This document shows, in pieces, positions 1 through 10,300 of a stretch of 64,000 nucleotides of DNA. The notes beneath the pieces are model-generated. The model saw only the letters and a list, made by a program, of their open reading frames with translations, searched no databases and was not told the DNA's origin. This stretch comes from an uncultured delta proteobacterium. Its GTDB lineage: Bacteria; Desulfobacterota; Zymogenia; Zymogenales; Zymogenaceae. The stretch lies in contig CAWBYW010000016.1 in the NCBI GenBank assembly GCA_963792965.1, positions 115,925-179,924 on the forward strand. Reading direction: 5' to 3'. The translations under genes were made by a program, and so were the position numbers. The stretch's first letter is position 1, and each line of letters starts with the position of its first letter.

Positions 1-45
1 TAGGGGACATAGGCGTTATACTTAAAGTATGGTTGTTGTTAATAC

Positions 46-231
46 ATGAAGGAGGGTACTATGGCCAAAGTCAATGTCTCAAATAAGGTCTTCTGGTGGG
101 TTGCGCTGATCCTGCTCATTGTCGGAGGCGTCTCTTTCATTCTCGAACAGCTGGGCGCATTCGCGCTGCCGTATGAGCTAACGGGGTGGCTGCTGTTGAT
201 TTCAGCGCTCCTTTTTGCTTTCGTGGTCTGA
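46..231 (+). CDS. Small hydrophobic membrane protein, hypothetical
   Basis: 61-aa ORF with one or two predicted TM helices (WWVALILLIVGGVSFIL, LLLISALLFAFVV) and a terminator hairpin downstream. No recognisable family. Confidence 0.35.
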   Translation: MKEGTMAKVNVSNKVFWWVALILLIVGGVSFILEQLGAFALPYELTGWLLLISALLFAFVV

Positions 232-288
232 CGCCAGCGTCGCTCGCCGGCGCGTCAGCCTCACAAAGCGATTTATCAGAGTGTTTCC

Positions 289-322
289 AAGGTGACCCTT
301 CAACGGGTCACCTTTTTATTTT
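289..322. terminator. Bidirectional rho-independent terminator hairpin between convergent small genes
   Basis: The stem aaggtgaccc / gggtcacctt has a 6-nt loop and is followed by ttttatttt. It lies between convergent ORFs 46..231(+) and 340..570(-). Confidence 0.55.
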
Positions 323-339
323 CCCGGTTACCCCCCCAC

Positions 340-570
340 TCAGCGCTTTTTGACTGCCGCGACAACGAGGAGGATAATCCCTCCGGTCAGTGCGACGACT
401 CCCAGTATCGGCGGGAGGGGAAGCGTTTTGGTCTTCTCCGCGGTCACGTGCAAGGGACCGAGCTCGACGACATTCTCCTGGGTTTTATAGGTAATGCCGT
501 GATAGGCCAGCGCCACGACCCCTAACACGATCAGAATAATCGCAACGACAATCATGACTTTTGGCTTCAT
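340..570 (-). CDS. Small two-TM membrane protein, hypothetical
   Basis: 76-aa ORF with two hydrophobic helices (MIVVAIILIVLGVVALAY and ILGVVALTGGIILLVVAAV). Confidence 0.4.
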   Translation of the reverse strand: MKPKVMIVVAIILIVLGVVALAYHGITYKTQENVVELGPLHVTAEKTKTLPLPPILGVVALTGGIILLVVAAVKKR

Positions 571-786
571 CCAGACCTCCCATTCCCTTGCTTCTGGTAA
601 CCGCTTTACCCGCCATGATCATCCCTGGATGGCGCGACTAACGCCGGGATAGCGGCATCCCCTGCTACGTCGACCCTTGCTTAAAGTATTATTTACGCGA
701 TACGTTACGGTCCCTTTGAACTCTGCGTCGAGCGGAGTGTAGGTTTCGGTGAGAAGGGACGGCTGCGCCGGCGCGGCCGTGACGTC

Positions 787-2193
787 TCACGTGCGGGCCG
801 TGCGAATCCTCCCGAGGACTTCCGTAAACTCCCGGATGTCCTTCATCTCATCGATTCTCATGGCGGATTCATAGATCTCCCGCCATTGGCCGTCGGAAAG
901 GAAGTTTCTCGTGCAGACGAGGAGCTTTTCCCGGATATCGATCGGGTTCTTGTAGGAGCCCTTCATCGCCTCGGTGAACTTCGAAAACGTCGCACCGTTC
1001 TTCATCACGAAGGTGACCTCGCCCGAATTGATTCCCTCCTGCATCTCCCTGACGTCAAGAGACGGATCGGCGGTGAACTCTATTTTATCGAAGAAGGCGT
1101 GGAGTCTCTTGTCCGCCATCCTCTTCTTCGTAAACTGGGCCTCCGTCAGCTCACCGTCGAGGATCGCCGCCGCCAGCGGATAGACCGAATTGAAGAAGAG
1201 CGGCACCGCGGTCAGGTAATCGGTCTTGACGATCTCGCCTATCAGATCGACCAGCTCGTCGGTAGGCTTGTTGAGGAGCAGCGTCACCGTGGGGCACCGC
1301 ACCTGGACCCGGTCGATCGCGTCGCGGTCGATCCCGTGCTCTCGGATCAGGTCAAGGGCGCTGTCCACCAGGGCGTCCAGCCACCCGCAGCAGGGATAGA
1401 GTTTGGGTGAGTGCGTGTCCGTGCGCCAGTCGGTGCCGAGGTCCTTGACCATCTCCGTCAGGTCGTACCGGTCAAAAATCGCGTTGGAGAAGCCGTCGGG
1501 GTGCTCGATGATCTTCCGAAAGCCGTGGAGCCCGCTCTTGGCCAGCGACGCACCGAGGATCCCCGCGTAGACCGGGGCCCCGGTGATGAACCCCTTGCTC
1601 GGGGAAAACCATCCGGCAAACGACTGGGTCATCGGCGGAAAACACGAGATCCCCACCGCGTCCATTATCTGTTCCTTCGTGAGACGGAAGAGTTTCCCGG
1701 CCACGAAGGCGGCATCGATCTGGTGGTTCGGGCACGAGTTGGTGAAAAGACGGCTCTTGATGTAGGCGTGGCCCGTCCTTCCGGAGATCTCGTTGCCGAC
1801 GATCAGCGCCGTCAACAGCTCACGGCCGGATGCCCCGACCGCCTCCGCCACCGCCAGGGCGCAGGGGACGGTGGACGCGCCGGAGTGCTGGGACCTGAGG
1901 TAATCCTCCCACTCGAGCGTCTGGGCGGCCACCGCGTTGGCCATCCCGGCGTGGCGCATGCTGCTCTTGGTGCCACGGCCGATGAGGGTCGATTCTTCGC
2001 GGTCTCCGAACGACTCGACGCCGGCAAAGAGCGGCGCGAGCTCATCCGTGCGGCTCCCGGCAAGGATCGCCGCGACGATGCCGATCACCTGCTCCTTGGC
2101 GCAGCCGACGGTCTTTTTCGGAATATCGGTAAACGCGAGGCCGGACGCCCATTCGCTCAGGATCTCCGTTACCGCAATGCCTTTCTGTGTCAT
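787..2193 (-). CDS. MmgE/PrpD family protein (2-methylcitrate dehydratase-like)
   Basis: 468-aa ORF with length and sequence pattern typical of the PrpD/MmgE family. Typical N-terminal segment (TEILSEWASGLAFTDIPKKTV) and Cys-containing C-terminal half. Confidence 0.75.
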   Translation of the reverse strand: MTQKGIAVTEILSEWASGLAFTDIPKKTVGCAKEQVIGIVAAILAGSRTDELAPLFAGVESFGDREESTLIGRGTKSSMRHAGMANAVAAQTLEWEDYLRSQHSGASTVPCALAVAEAVGASGRELLTALIVGNEISGRTGHAYIKSRLFTNSCPNHQIDAAFVAGKLFRLTKEQIMDAVGISCFPPMTQSFAGWFSPSKGFITGAPVYAGILGASLAKSGLHGFRKIIEHPDGFSNAIFDRYDLTEMVKDLGTDWRTDTHSPKLYPCCGWLDALVDSALDLIREHGIDRDAIDRVQVRCPTVTLLLNKPTDELVDLIGEIVKTDYLTAVPLFFNSVYPLAAAILDGELTEAQFTKKRMADKRLHAFFDKIEFTADPSLDVREMQEGINSGEVTFVMKNGATFSKFTEAMKGSYKNPIDIREKLLVCTRNFLSDGQWREIYESAMRIDEMKDIREFTEVLGRIRTART

Positions 2194-2207
2194 GACAAAT
2201 CCTCCGA

Positions 2208-2606
2208 TTATCCGAGCGGAAGGAGCACCATCGCCTGCATGACCGACGAGAAGCGCTCGACCAGCGCCATATCCTTCAGGGCGACGACGTCACGGACCGG
2301 GTCAAGCTCAAAGCGGAAGACCGTGGCGTAGGTCTTCTTCCCGGTCAGGATTTTCTCCCACTGGTCGCGCGTGGTGACAAGGCGCGCGTGGCAAAACGGG
2401 TCGTCCCCATCTGTGACGGTCATCCCCTCGGGGGTGATCGTCACGGTATACGCCCGCCCCCCGGCCTCGGCGAGCACGACCTTCTTGTGGAGGAGGTCCT
2501 CCACGATGCCCATCTGCAGCATGACGGGGATGAGCATATTGAAACGGTCTTTTACCCTGCCGAGCAATTCCAAGAGTCGTTCATTGTTTTTCACCGGGTT
2601 CTTCAT
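2208..2606 (-). CDS. SCP2 sterol-carrier-like domain protein (tentative)
   Basis: 132-aa ORF whose C-terminal half resembles the SCP2 fold pattern (TRDQWEKILTGKK...ALKDMALVERF). Weak assignment. Confidence 0.3.
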   Translation of the reverse strand: MKNPVKNNERLLELLGRVKDRFNMLIPVMLQMGIVEDLLHKKVVLAEAGGRAYTVTITPEGMTVTDGDDPFCHARLVTTRDQWEKILTGKKTYATVFRFELDPVRDVVALKDMALVERFSSVMQAMVLLPLG

Positions 2607-2666
2607 GGCCCATTCTCGCTAAAGGGATGAGATAAACGGCAACCCGCGCCCTTCCCGGGCCGAGGC

Positions 2667-3985
2667 CTATTTCAATCGTTTGACGATCTCAAAGACTTTT
2701 GCCAACGCCTCCCCCTCGTCGAACGTGAGGATCTTCCCCCAGTGATGGACGACCCGCCCCCCACGATCGTGGTCTTGACATCGAGCCCCCGCGCGGAATA
2801 GACGAGGTGGGACTCGTACGAGAAGAGCGGCGCGGCATGGGGACGCGACAGGTCGACGACGATCAGGTCCGCGGCCATGCCCGGCGCAAGGCTCCCCACC
2901 TCCGTTTCCAGCCCGAGGGCCTCGGCGCCAAGGAAGAGCGAGAGCGAGAGGACGGTTTTGGCGTCCATCTGGGCGGGGTCCTTCGAGGCAAGCTTATGCC
3001 CCTTGGCGCAGAAGTCCATCTCGTAGAAGAGGTCCTGGCGGTTGTTGGAGGCCGGCCCGTCGGTGCCGAGCCCCACAGGGATGCCGGCCGCCAACATCGC
3101 CGGCACCGGGGCAAGGCCGTTGCCGAGCTTGGCGTTGCTGCCCGGGCAGTGTACCACGGACGCGCCGTACTCGGCCAGGATATCGATCTCCTCGGGCTCG
3201 ACGTAGACGGCATGCACCGCGATAAAGGTATCGGAAAGAATACCCTCCCGCGCGAGGAGGCGCACGGGTGTCGCCCCGTATTTCTGCGTGACCGTCTTCA
3301 CCTCCGCCTCCGACTCGGCAAGGTGGGTGAAGAGCGGCACTCTGTACTCGTCGCACAGCTCCTTTACCGTGCGGTATGTCCGGGGGGAGGCGGTGTAGGG
3401 GGCGTGAACGAAGAGGGCCGGGGTCACGAGGCCGCCGCCCTTCTTTTTCGTTTCTTCGAGGAATTGCCTGAGGACCGATAGGCGCCCGCCGTCGTCCTTC
3501 CACTGGGGCTGCGGCCCATCGATGACTCCCTGGGCCGAGATCGCCCTTATCCCCGCGGCGCCGAAGGCCTCGGCGGCAGAGGAGGCAAAGAAATAGGCGT
3601 CGGCGCACGTGGTGATGCCCGAGCGCAGCATCTCGGCGGCCGACACGAGGCTCCCCCAGTAGACCATGTCGCGTCCCATGAGTTTTTCTTCGGCGGGTAT
3701 GATCCGATTAAATAGCCAGGTGTCAAACGGGAGGTCATCGGCATAGCCGCGCAGGACCGACATGGCGGCGTGGGTGTGGCCGTTGATGAGCCCCGGCATG
3801 ACGAGGTCGCCCCCGGCATCTAAGGTGCGCTCGGCCTCAAATCCGTGGCCGATCTCGAATTCGTCGCCGACCGCGACAATCACCCCGTCTTTTATGCAGA
3901 CGATGCCGCTCGGAAAGCGGCTCCCCCGCTCATCGAAGGTGAGGACCGGACCACCCTTGACGATGAGGTCGACCTTCTCGGTCAT
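2667..3985 (-). CDS. Amidohydrolase, MtaD-like 5-methylthioadenosine/S-adenosylhomocysteine deaminase family (apparent frameshift near C-terminus)
   Basis: Metal-binding HxH motif (LINGHTHAAMSVLRGYADDLPFDTWL) and a GTDG/HAVY-type chlorohydrolase core. The ORF tail after VGGG is non-protein-like. The alternative frame reads RVVHHWGKILTFDEGEALAKVFEIVKRLK* and stops at 2667. The shift lies in a C6-7 homopolymer at about 2752-2758. Confidence 0.75.
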
Positions 3986-4380
3986 ACGACCACCGACTCG
4001 TCATCGGCGCGCCAGGCCGGGTCAACGATGCAATAGAAGACGAGGTCGGAATTGCCCGTGTTCTCGGTCCACTGCAGCGCCCCGGGGGGGACGTAGACGA
4101 GGCTGCCCGCCGAGACCTCGGCCGCCTCATCATTCACGTGCATGATGCCCCGTCCCTCGGTGACGATGAAGACCTCGGAGGACGATTTCAGCCGGTGGGG
4201 CAGGTTCCGGGAGCCCTTCGGCATGCGCGCGACGGCGATCGAGTAATGCGTCGCGACGGGGTCCTTCATGGGCGACATGAGCTCCTTGATCGGCGTCGTG
4301 TCGGCGGCCGTGATGCCCGGCGTCTTATGCGGTTCAACGATTTTCATTTGTTCTACCCGATTAGAGGATTTTGGTGACAC
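3982..4380 (-). CDS. Cupin domain protein
   Basis: 132-aa ORF with two cupin-like motifs (HRLKSSSEVFIVTEGRG...GSLVYVPPGALQW). Its stop overlaps the downstream amidohydrolase start in an ATGA arrangement. Confidence 0.55.
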   Translation of the reverse strand: MSPKSSNRVEQMKIVEPHKTPGITAADTTPIKELMSPMKDPVATHYSIAVARMPKGSRNLPHRLKSSSEVFIVTEGRGIMHVNDEAAEVSAGSLVYVPPGALQWTENTGNSDLVFYCIVDPAWRADDESVVV

Positions 4381-4452
4381 TCTACTTAATTAAGACTCTA
4401 TAAATTGACGGGGTAGATCTCAATTAAAATTAAGCATGGTGTCCCCCTAATT

Positions 4453-4860
4453 CTACTTCCTTCTCCCGCACTCAGAACAAACACCTTTATGAACACAAAT
4501 AGTCCCACCACAATCGGGACATGTCCATCTTGATTTTTCGTTTAGTAGAAATTTTGTAATACCCAATTTTTCAATATTCCCGAGATTTTCAATCATGCTC
4601 ATAGTATACTTTGTTCTATATCTTTTGTCCAAATGCTTCAATGTATCGCAGGGAAAATCATTGCATTGAAAACAAAACGTTGCCTTTCCATTCTTGAGGA
4701 CTTCGCAGATTTTGATTTTGCATGTGGTGCGGGTAATCGGCTTGCCAACATCCGAGCCTCTGCATCCACGACATTTGTTACTTTCTCTCAGATATGCTAA
4801 GCAAACACCGCAATTCATCCCACAGGGGGCGATGAGCAAAGCTGCGCCTAATGATGCCAT
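4453..4860 (-). CDS. Cys-rich DUF3795-like protein on a low-GC islet
   Basis: 135-aa ORF with 20 Cys in CxxC-type clusters (CGMNCGVC, CRGCRG, CFQCNDFPCD, CPDCGGTICVHKGVCSECG). Local GC is about 38-40% against about 62% elsewhere. Confidence 0.55.
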   Translation of the reverse strand: MASLGAALLIAPCGMNCGVCLAYLRESNKCRGCRGSDVGKPITRTTCKIKICEVLKNGKATFCFQCNDFPCDTLKHLDKRYRTKYTMSMIENLGNIEKLGITKFLLNEKSRWTCPDCGGTICVHKGVCSECGRRK

Positions 4861-4887
4861 GCTATTACTATATATTATTTCCCAAAA

Positions 4888-4972
4888 GAATTAAGGGGAC
4901 ACAATACTTAATTCACTTTTCTTTGCTTATCCTGAAGGCCCGTTGAATTAAGTATTGTGTCCCCTTAATTCG
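4888..4972. repeat. 28-bp perfect inverted repeat (long hairpin) flanking the low-GC islet
   Basis: gaattaaggggacacaatacttaattca (4888-4915) and its exact reverse complement tgaattaagtattgtgtccccttaattc (4945-4972) are separated by a 29-nt spacer. A related direct copy ggtgtccccctaattc sits at 4440-4455 on the other side of the DUF3795 gene. Confidence 0.8.
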
Positions 4973-4973
4973 C

Positions 4974-6302
4974 TTACCCCACCGACTTCCTCACCCTCCC
5001 CGACAGCTCCCGCGCCTTAGCCATGATGTCGGCCGCATCCGCCTTCGTTAGCTTGCCGTCGTGCACCAGCACGTCCCCGTTGACCAGCACGTCCCGCACG
5101 TCGGTGGATTTTGCGGCGTAGACGAGGTGCGAATAGGGGTTGTAGACAGGCGTCAGGTGGGGCTTATTGAAATCGACGATGATGAGGTCGGCCTTCTTGC
5201 CGACGGCGAGCGTCCCCACCAGCTCACCGAGCCCGAGGGCTCGCGCGCCGTTTTTTGTGGCGGTCTGGAGGACGGTCTTTGCCTCCATGTGCGTCGGGTC
5301 CGCATCGTAGACCTTGTGGAGCTTTGCCAGCGTATCCATCTCCCCGAAGAGGTCAAGGTCGTTGTTGCTGGCGCATCCGTCCGTGCCCAGCCCCACGACG
5401 ATCCCCCGCCCAAGGTACTTGTGCACCGGCGCCCATCCCGAGGCGAGCTTCATGTTGCTCTCGGGGTTGGTGACGACGGTAACATTCCTTTCACGCATGA
5501 TCTCCATCTCGGCATCATCCACCCAGACGGCGTGGAGCGCCGTGAATCTCTCGTTGAGGACGCCCAGGTCGTCCAGATACTCAAACGAGCTCTTGCCGTG
5601 CTTCTTCTTCACGTCCTCGATGTTTGCACGGGACTCCGCCACGTGGACGATGCAGCGCACCCCAAACCCGTCCGAAATCTCCTTTGCCCGCACGAAGAGC
5701 TCCGGCGAGCAGGTGTCCAGCGCGTGGGGCTGGATGGAGGGAACGATAAGGGGGTCGCTCTGCCACTTCTTGATGAAGTTTTCCGTATACTCGAATCCCT
5801 TCTCGATGGGCCCGTAGTTCGGGGAGGGAAAGTCATAGAGCACCTCGCCGAGCACCCCCCGCATCCCCATCTCTTTGGCGGCTCTCGCCGCCGAGTCCTC
5901 GAAGAGGTACATGTCACAAAAGGTCGTCACCCCCCCGAGCAGCATCTCCGCGCAGGCGAGCTTCGTCCCCCAGTAGACGAAGTCGTCGTCGAGGTTGGCC
6001 TTCTCGGCCGGAAAGATATAGTCGCATAGCCACCGCTCCAGCGGCAGGTCGTCGGCGATCCCCCGAAAGAGGCTCATGGCCGCATGCGTGTGCCCGTTGA
6101 CCAACCCCGGCATCACGACGCATCCCGTCGCGTCAATCTCGGTTCTTGCCGCCCAGCGACGGGCGGCATCGCTCCGTTTCCCCACGAAAGCGATCGCGTC
6201 GCCTACGACCACGACCGCGCCGTCTTCAATCGGGACCCCGTCCTCCATCGTCAGGACGATCCCGCCCGAAATAACTACGTCCGCGCCGATTCTCTCCGTC
6301 AT
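4974..6302 (-). CDS. mtaD: Amidohydrolase, MtaD-like 5-methylthioadenosine deaminase (second paralog)
   Basis: 443-aa region beginning MTERIGADVVISGG with the HxH motif (LVNGHTHAAMSLFRGIADDLPLERWL). It is the C-terminal part of the annotated 765-aa read-through ORF. Its ATG overlaps the upstream phosphorylase stop (ATGA). Confidence 0.75.
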   Translation of the reverse strand: MTERIGADVVISGGIVLTMEDGVPIEDGAVVVVGDAIAFVGKRSDAARRWAARTEIDATGCVVMPGLVNGHTHAAMSLFRGIADDLPLERWLCDYIFPAEKANLDDDFVYWGTKLACAEMLLGGVTTFCDMYLFEDSAARAAKEMGMRGVLGEVLYDFPSPNYGPIEKGFEYTENFIKKWQSDPLIVPSIQPHALDTCSPELFVRAKEISDGFGVRCIVHVAESRANIEDVKKKHGKSSFEYLDDLGVLNERFTALHAVWVDDAEMEIMRERNVTVVTNPESNMKLASGWAPVHKYLGRGIVVGLGTDGCASNNDLDLFGEMDTLAKLHKVYDADPTHMEAKTVLQTATKNGARALGLGELVGTLAVGKKADLIIVDFNKPHLTPVYNPYSHLVYAAKSTDVRDVLVNGDVLVHDGKLTKADAADIMAKARELSGRVRKSVG

Positions 6303-7166
6303 TCCTCTTTTGTTTCTCCTATCCGCCGGATTACCGCGGCGATCAGTCTGATGAGGTCCGGACCGGTCCTCTTCTCCCGTGGCGATGATATCGTCGATCA
6401 GGATGGGAGCCATGGCGTCGGGGAGGTTAACGTTGGCCACGAGCGAAAAGCCCAACACCCGCATCCTCACGTGCGCCGCGGTGATCACCTCCATAACCGT
6501 CGACATGCCCAGGGCGTCGGCACCGAGGCCGCGAAACATCCTGGTCTCGGCCGCCGTCTCGAGGCTCGGGCCCAAGACCCCGATATAGACCCCCCGGTTG
6601 ACGTGGATGCCCAGCCTGAGCGCCTCCTCTTCGGCGATCTCGATGAGCTCCCGATCATAGGCCTTCGTCATGTCGGGAAAGCGGGGGCCCAACGTGTCGA
6701 GATTGGGGCCGACGAGCGGGTTACGGCCCGTGAAGTTGATCTGGTCGTGGATAACCATGATCTCCCCCGGCCGAAAGAGCGGATTGAGGCCGCCGGCCGA
6801 ATTGGTGATGATGAGGGTGTTGATCCCAAGGGCGAAGAGGGCCCGGACGGCAAAGGCGATCTCGGGGGCCGTATACCCCTCGTAGAGGTGGAACCGGCCC
6901 TCCATGGCCGCCGTCTCCACCCCGGCGATCCTCCCGATATGCAAAATCCCCGCATGACCCTCCGCGGTCGAGACGGGGAAGTGGGGGATCTCCCCATACG
7001 GGATCGAAACCTCCGTCTCCATGACCGCGGAAGTACCGGAAAGTCCCGTGCCGAGGATCACGGCCACGCGCGGACGGAGGTTTGTCTTGATGAGGATGTG
7101 ATCGGCCGCCTCGTGGATCTCTTTGATCGCTTTGTCTGCATCGCGGGGGGGCTGGACTGTCATGGT
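6299..7166 (-). CDS. Purine nucleoside phosphorylase, PNP-I (PunA/XapA-like) family, probable methylthioinosine phosphorylase (apparent frameshift near C-terminus)
   Basis: PNP-I motifs (ILGTGLSG, EGHAGILHIG, GRFHLYEGY, ALGMSTV). The protein-like C-terminus TGPDLIRLIAAVIRRIGETKEE* lies in the +1 frame and ends at a TGA overlapping the mtaD ATG. The shift is at about 6335-6345. The start is placed at the internal Met MTVQPP. Confidence 0.7.
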
Positions 7167-7313
7167 ATGACTCCCTCCACTGAGATAGACCGCTGGACCG
7201 GACGGACACAAACGGTCCGTCTGCGGCGCACGGGTGAGTGGCATACGGTCAGCCGGGCCGCATGAGCACACGGCCCATCGCGTCCGCGCGGCGCACCGTG
7301 CCCGAAAGTATCT

Positions 7314-10300
7314 TTACTTTGCGTTCGGCCGTATGGGCTTGGGCGGGATCGGGGTTTTCTTCTCCTCTTTTGGGATCTTTTCGTCGACCGTGGAGAGAAG
7401 CTCGGTGATCTCCGCATCGTCGGGGAGCCCGTTTTTAGCCAGCTTCAGGTACTTCTTTGCCTCGGTATAGTTCTTCATCTGAAAATAGATGAGCCCGAGC
7501 GCTTTTTCCGCCGGCGCGTTTTCGGCCTTGAGGACGAGGGATCGATTGGCCAGCTTCAGCGCCCTATCGAGCTTCTTGTTTTCTTTCGCGTACAGGAGTG
7601 CCGTGTCGGACCAGACCGAGTAGTCGCTCGGGTCAAGCGCGAGCGATTTCTCGTAATATTTGAGGGCCTCCGACACCTTTCCGTTCCTGAGGTAGTAATC
7701 GCCGATGGTACGGAAGGTGGCATAGTCGTTCGGCTTGAGCTTGACCAGCGCAAGGTAGGCCGCCTCCGCCTTTTCGGGGTCGGGTTTGGCCTCATAGGTC
7801 TCGGCAAGCCCGAGCATCGCGGGGTAGTTGTCCGGTTTTGTCGCCAGCGCCGCCGTCAACAGCTCAACCGCTTTGTCATACTGCCCCGTGCGGGAATAGC
7901 ACTGGCCCAACAGATAGTAGACATCGGTGTTGTCGGGGGCCATCTCCCGCGCCTTTTCGAGATACCCGATGGCTTCATCAAACTTCCCGGCGATCCTCAG
8001 CCCGTCGCCAAGGTCGATGTAGGGCCTCGGGTCGTCGGGGTAGCTCTTCATGAGGTTGGTGTTGAATTCACGCAGCTTATCGAGCGCAACGTCGTAATCC
8101 GGCTTTATCGAGAGACAACGCTTGAGGGAGAGCATCGCCTCTTCCGACCATCCCCGCACGGCGAAGATGACGCCGAGGTTGTAGTGGGCCTTGTAGTTTT
8201 CGGGCTGGATGCGCACGACGTTGTTGAAGGCCGAGATCGCCTCGTCATAGGAGCCGAGCTTGACGTAGTTGGTGCCGAGGACGAAATAGAGGTCGGCGTT
8301 GTCCGGCTCGATCTCAAGCGCTTTCCAGATCGTATCGACGGCGAGCTTGTATTGGCCGGTGTTGGAGTAGCACTCGGCGACGTAGAGCATTGCCTGGATG
8401 TTTTTCGGATCCCGTGAGATCACGTCCGCAAAGACCCCGAGCGCCTTCTCGTAGAGTCCCCCGTCGAAATAGGTCTGCCCGAGCAGTATCTGCGCGTCGC
8501 TATAATCCGGCTTGACTTCAAGCGCCTTTCCGAGGGCCTTGGCCGCTTCGTCGTAGTTGGCCAGTTGGTGATAGGCAAGCCCGAGCATGAACAGGCCGTC
8601 GACGTATTCCGGGGAGTAGGAGACCGCCTTCTTGAAATATTCGAGGGCTTCCGGCGTCTTGCCGCCTTCCATCTTCAGAATACCGATCTGATAGTAGGCC
8701 AGGTAGTTATCCGGGGACTGCTCGATCGATTTTTCGTAGTTCAGGGTGGCATTGTCGGTATCTCCGAGCTTCCAGTAGACCTGGCCGAGGCTGTAATAGA
8801 CCAAAAACTGGTTGGGATCGAGCTTGAGCGACTCCTCGTAGGCCGCAATCGACTTGTCGTATTCTTCCCGGTAGTAGTAGACCTTACCGACCCCCTTGTA
8901 GGAGCGGGGGTTGGCCGGATCGATGTCTTGCGCGCGCTCGTAGTAGTCCATGGCCTTGTCGAGCTCACGGTTATCGAGGTAGGTCTCGGCCATGAGGATC
9001 AGCGCATCAAAAAAGCGGGGGTCGATCTTGACTGCCATATCCAAGAGCGCCATGCCGTTGGTCTTTTCTCCCTTTGCGATATAGATATCCGCAAGCGAGT
9101 AGAGGGCCGTCGTGTTCTTCGGGTCGATCTCGACGACCTTCCGGAAGGTCTCGATGGCCGTGTCCTTCTGGCCCAGAAAGGCATAGAGATTGCCGAGGGC
9201 GAGGTAGGCGTCGACATACTTCGGATCCGTGTCGATGGCCTTCTTAAGTATGCGACGATGGCCGATTTCACGTCGCCGGCCTCGACATAGATCCTGGCCC
9301 TGTTATAGTATCCGGGCGCGTATCCCGGTTGTATCTTTATGGCCTTATCGATCGCGGCGATCGCCTTTTTCTTCTCCCCCATGGCAAGGTAGACACGCGA
9401 GAGCTCCACGTAGGCCTCGTAGTAGTCGGGCTTGAGCTTGATGGCCCGCTCCAGCGTGGCGACGGCATCACCGAACCTGCCGAAGGACGCATACGACCTG
9501 CCGATGGCAAGGTACGCCGGGTAGAAATCGGGCTTTATCTTCAACACGCCCTCATAGACCGATATCGCCCGGTCGATATCGCCGATGGCCAGCGCCACTC
9601 TCCCGATGTGGTCGTATCCGTCCACGAAATCGGGCCTGAGCTCCACGGCCTTCAGGTATGCCGCCAGGGCGTCCCGTGATTTCCCCTGGGCCTCCAGCAC
9701 CGCCCCGAGCTCGTCGTATGCCAGGTAGTGGTGGAATCCAGGGCGACGGCCTCGTTGAGGAACTGCTCGGCCATGACGTATTCGCCCTTCTTGAAGTAGG
9801 CGACGCCGAGGCCGTAGTCTATATCGGCATCCTTCGCGTCAAGGGCGAGTGCTCGGGAGAAGACCCCGATGGCGTTATCGGTGTCGCCCGTCAAAAGGTA
9901 GATCGTCCCGAGCTCGGAGAGGACCTTCGGGTTGTCCCCGGCAAGGGCCAGCGCCCGGGTAAGGACTGTCACCGCCTCGGCGTATTCCTTCTGAGCGGAG
10001 AAGACTTCGCCCTTGAGGATATAGATGGAAGGATCGGCGGGGCGCAGCTTCTCGGCCCTCGCGAGAAAGGAGAGCGCACCCTCAAGGTTCCCCGAGGCCA
10101 CCGCGTTTCTTGCCGAGAGGATGAGCGCGTCGAAGTGGTTGGGATCGATGGTCAACAGCGCGTCGAGCGCCGTTTTGGCCCCGGCGAAGTCTCCGAGGTC
10201 ATACGACAGCTTCGCCATGAGGAGGAGCCCCTCCGGGGAATCCTTCGCCGTCTCGGCCGCCTTCTTATACGCGGCGAGGGCTTCTTTCGTCAGGCCCTCG

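Noticed and set aside
886-2331. Long plus-strand ORFs (886..1410, 1411..2331) opposite the PrpD-family gene
   Set aside because: Arg/Gly/Pro-rich low-complexity translations typical of antisense shadow ORFs in high-GC DNA, with no recognisable motifs. The opposite strand carries a well-conserved gene.
5061-7265. Plus-strand ORFs 5061..6029 and 6084..7265 (322 and 393 aa)
   Set aside because: Shadow ORFs antisense to the MtaD/PNP genes. The composition is RG-rich and they have no domain signatures.
4974-7271. The 765-aa ORF as a genuine PNP-MtaD fusion protein
   Set aside because: A protein-like PNP C-terminus ending in a TGA that overlaps the MtaD ATG exists in the +1 frame. That makes two translationally coupled genes joined by a 1-nt indel the simpler explanation.
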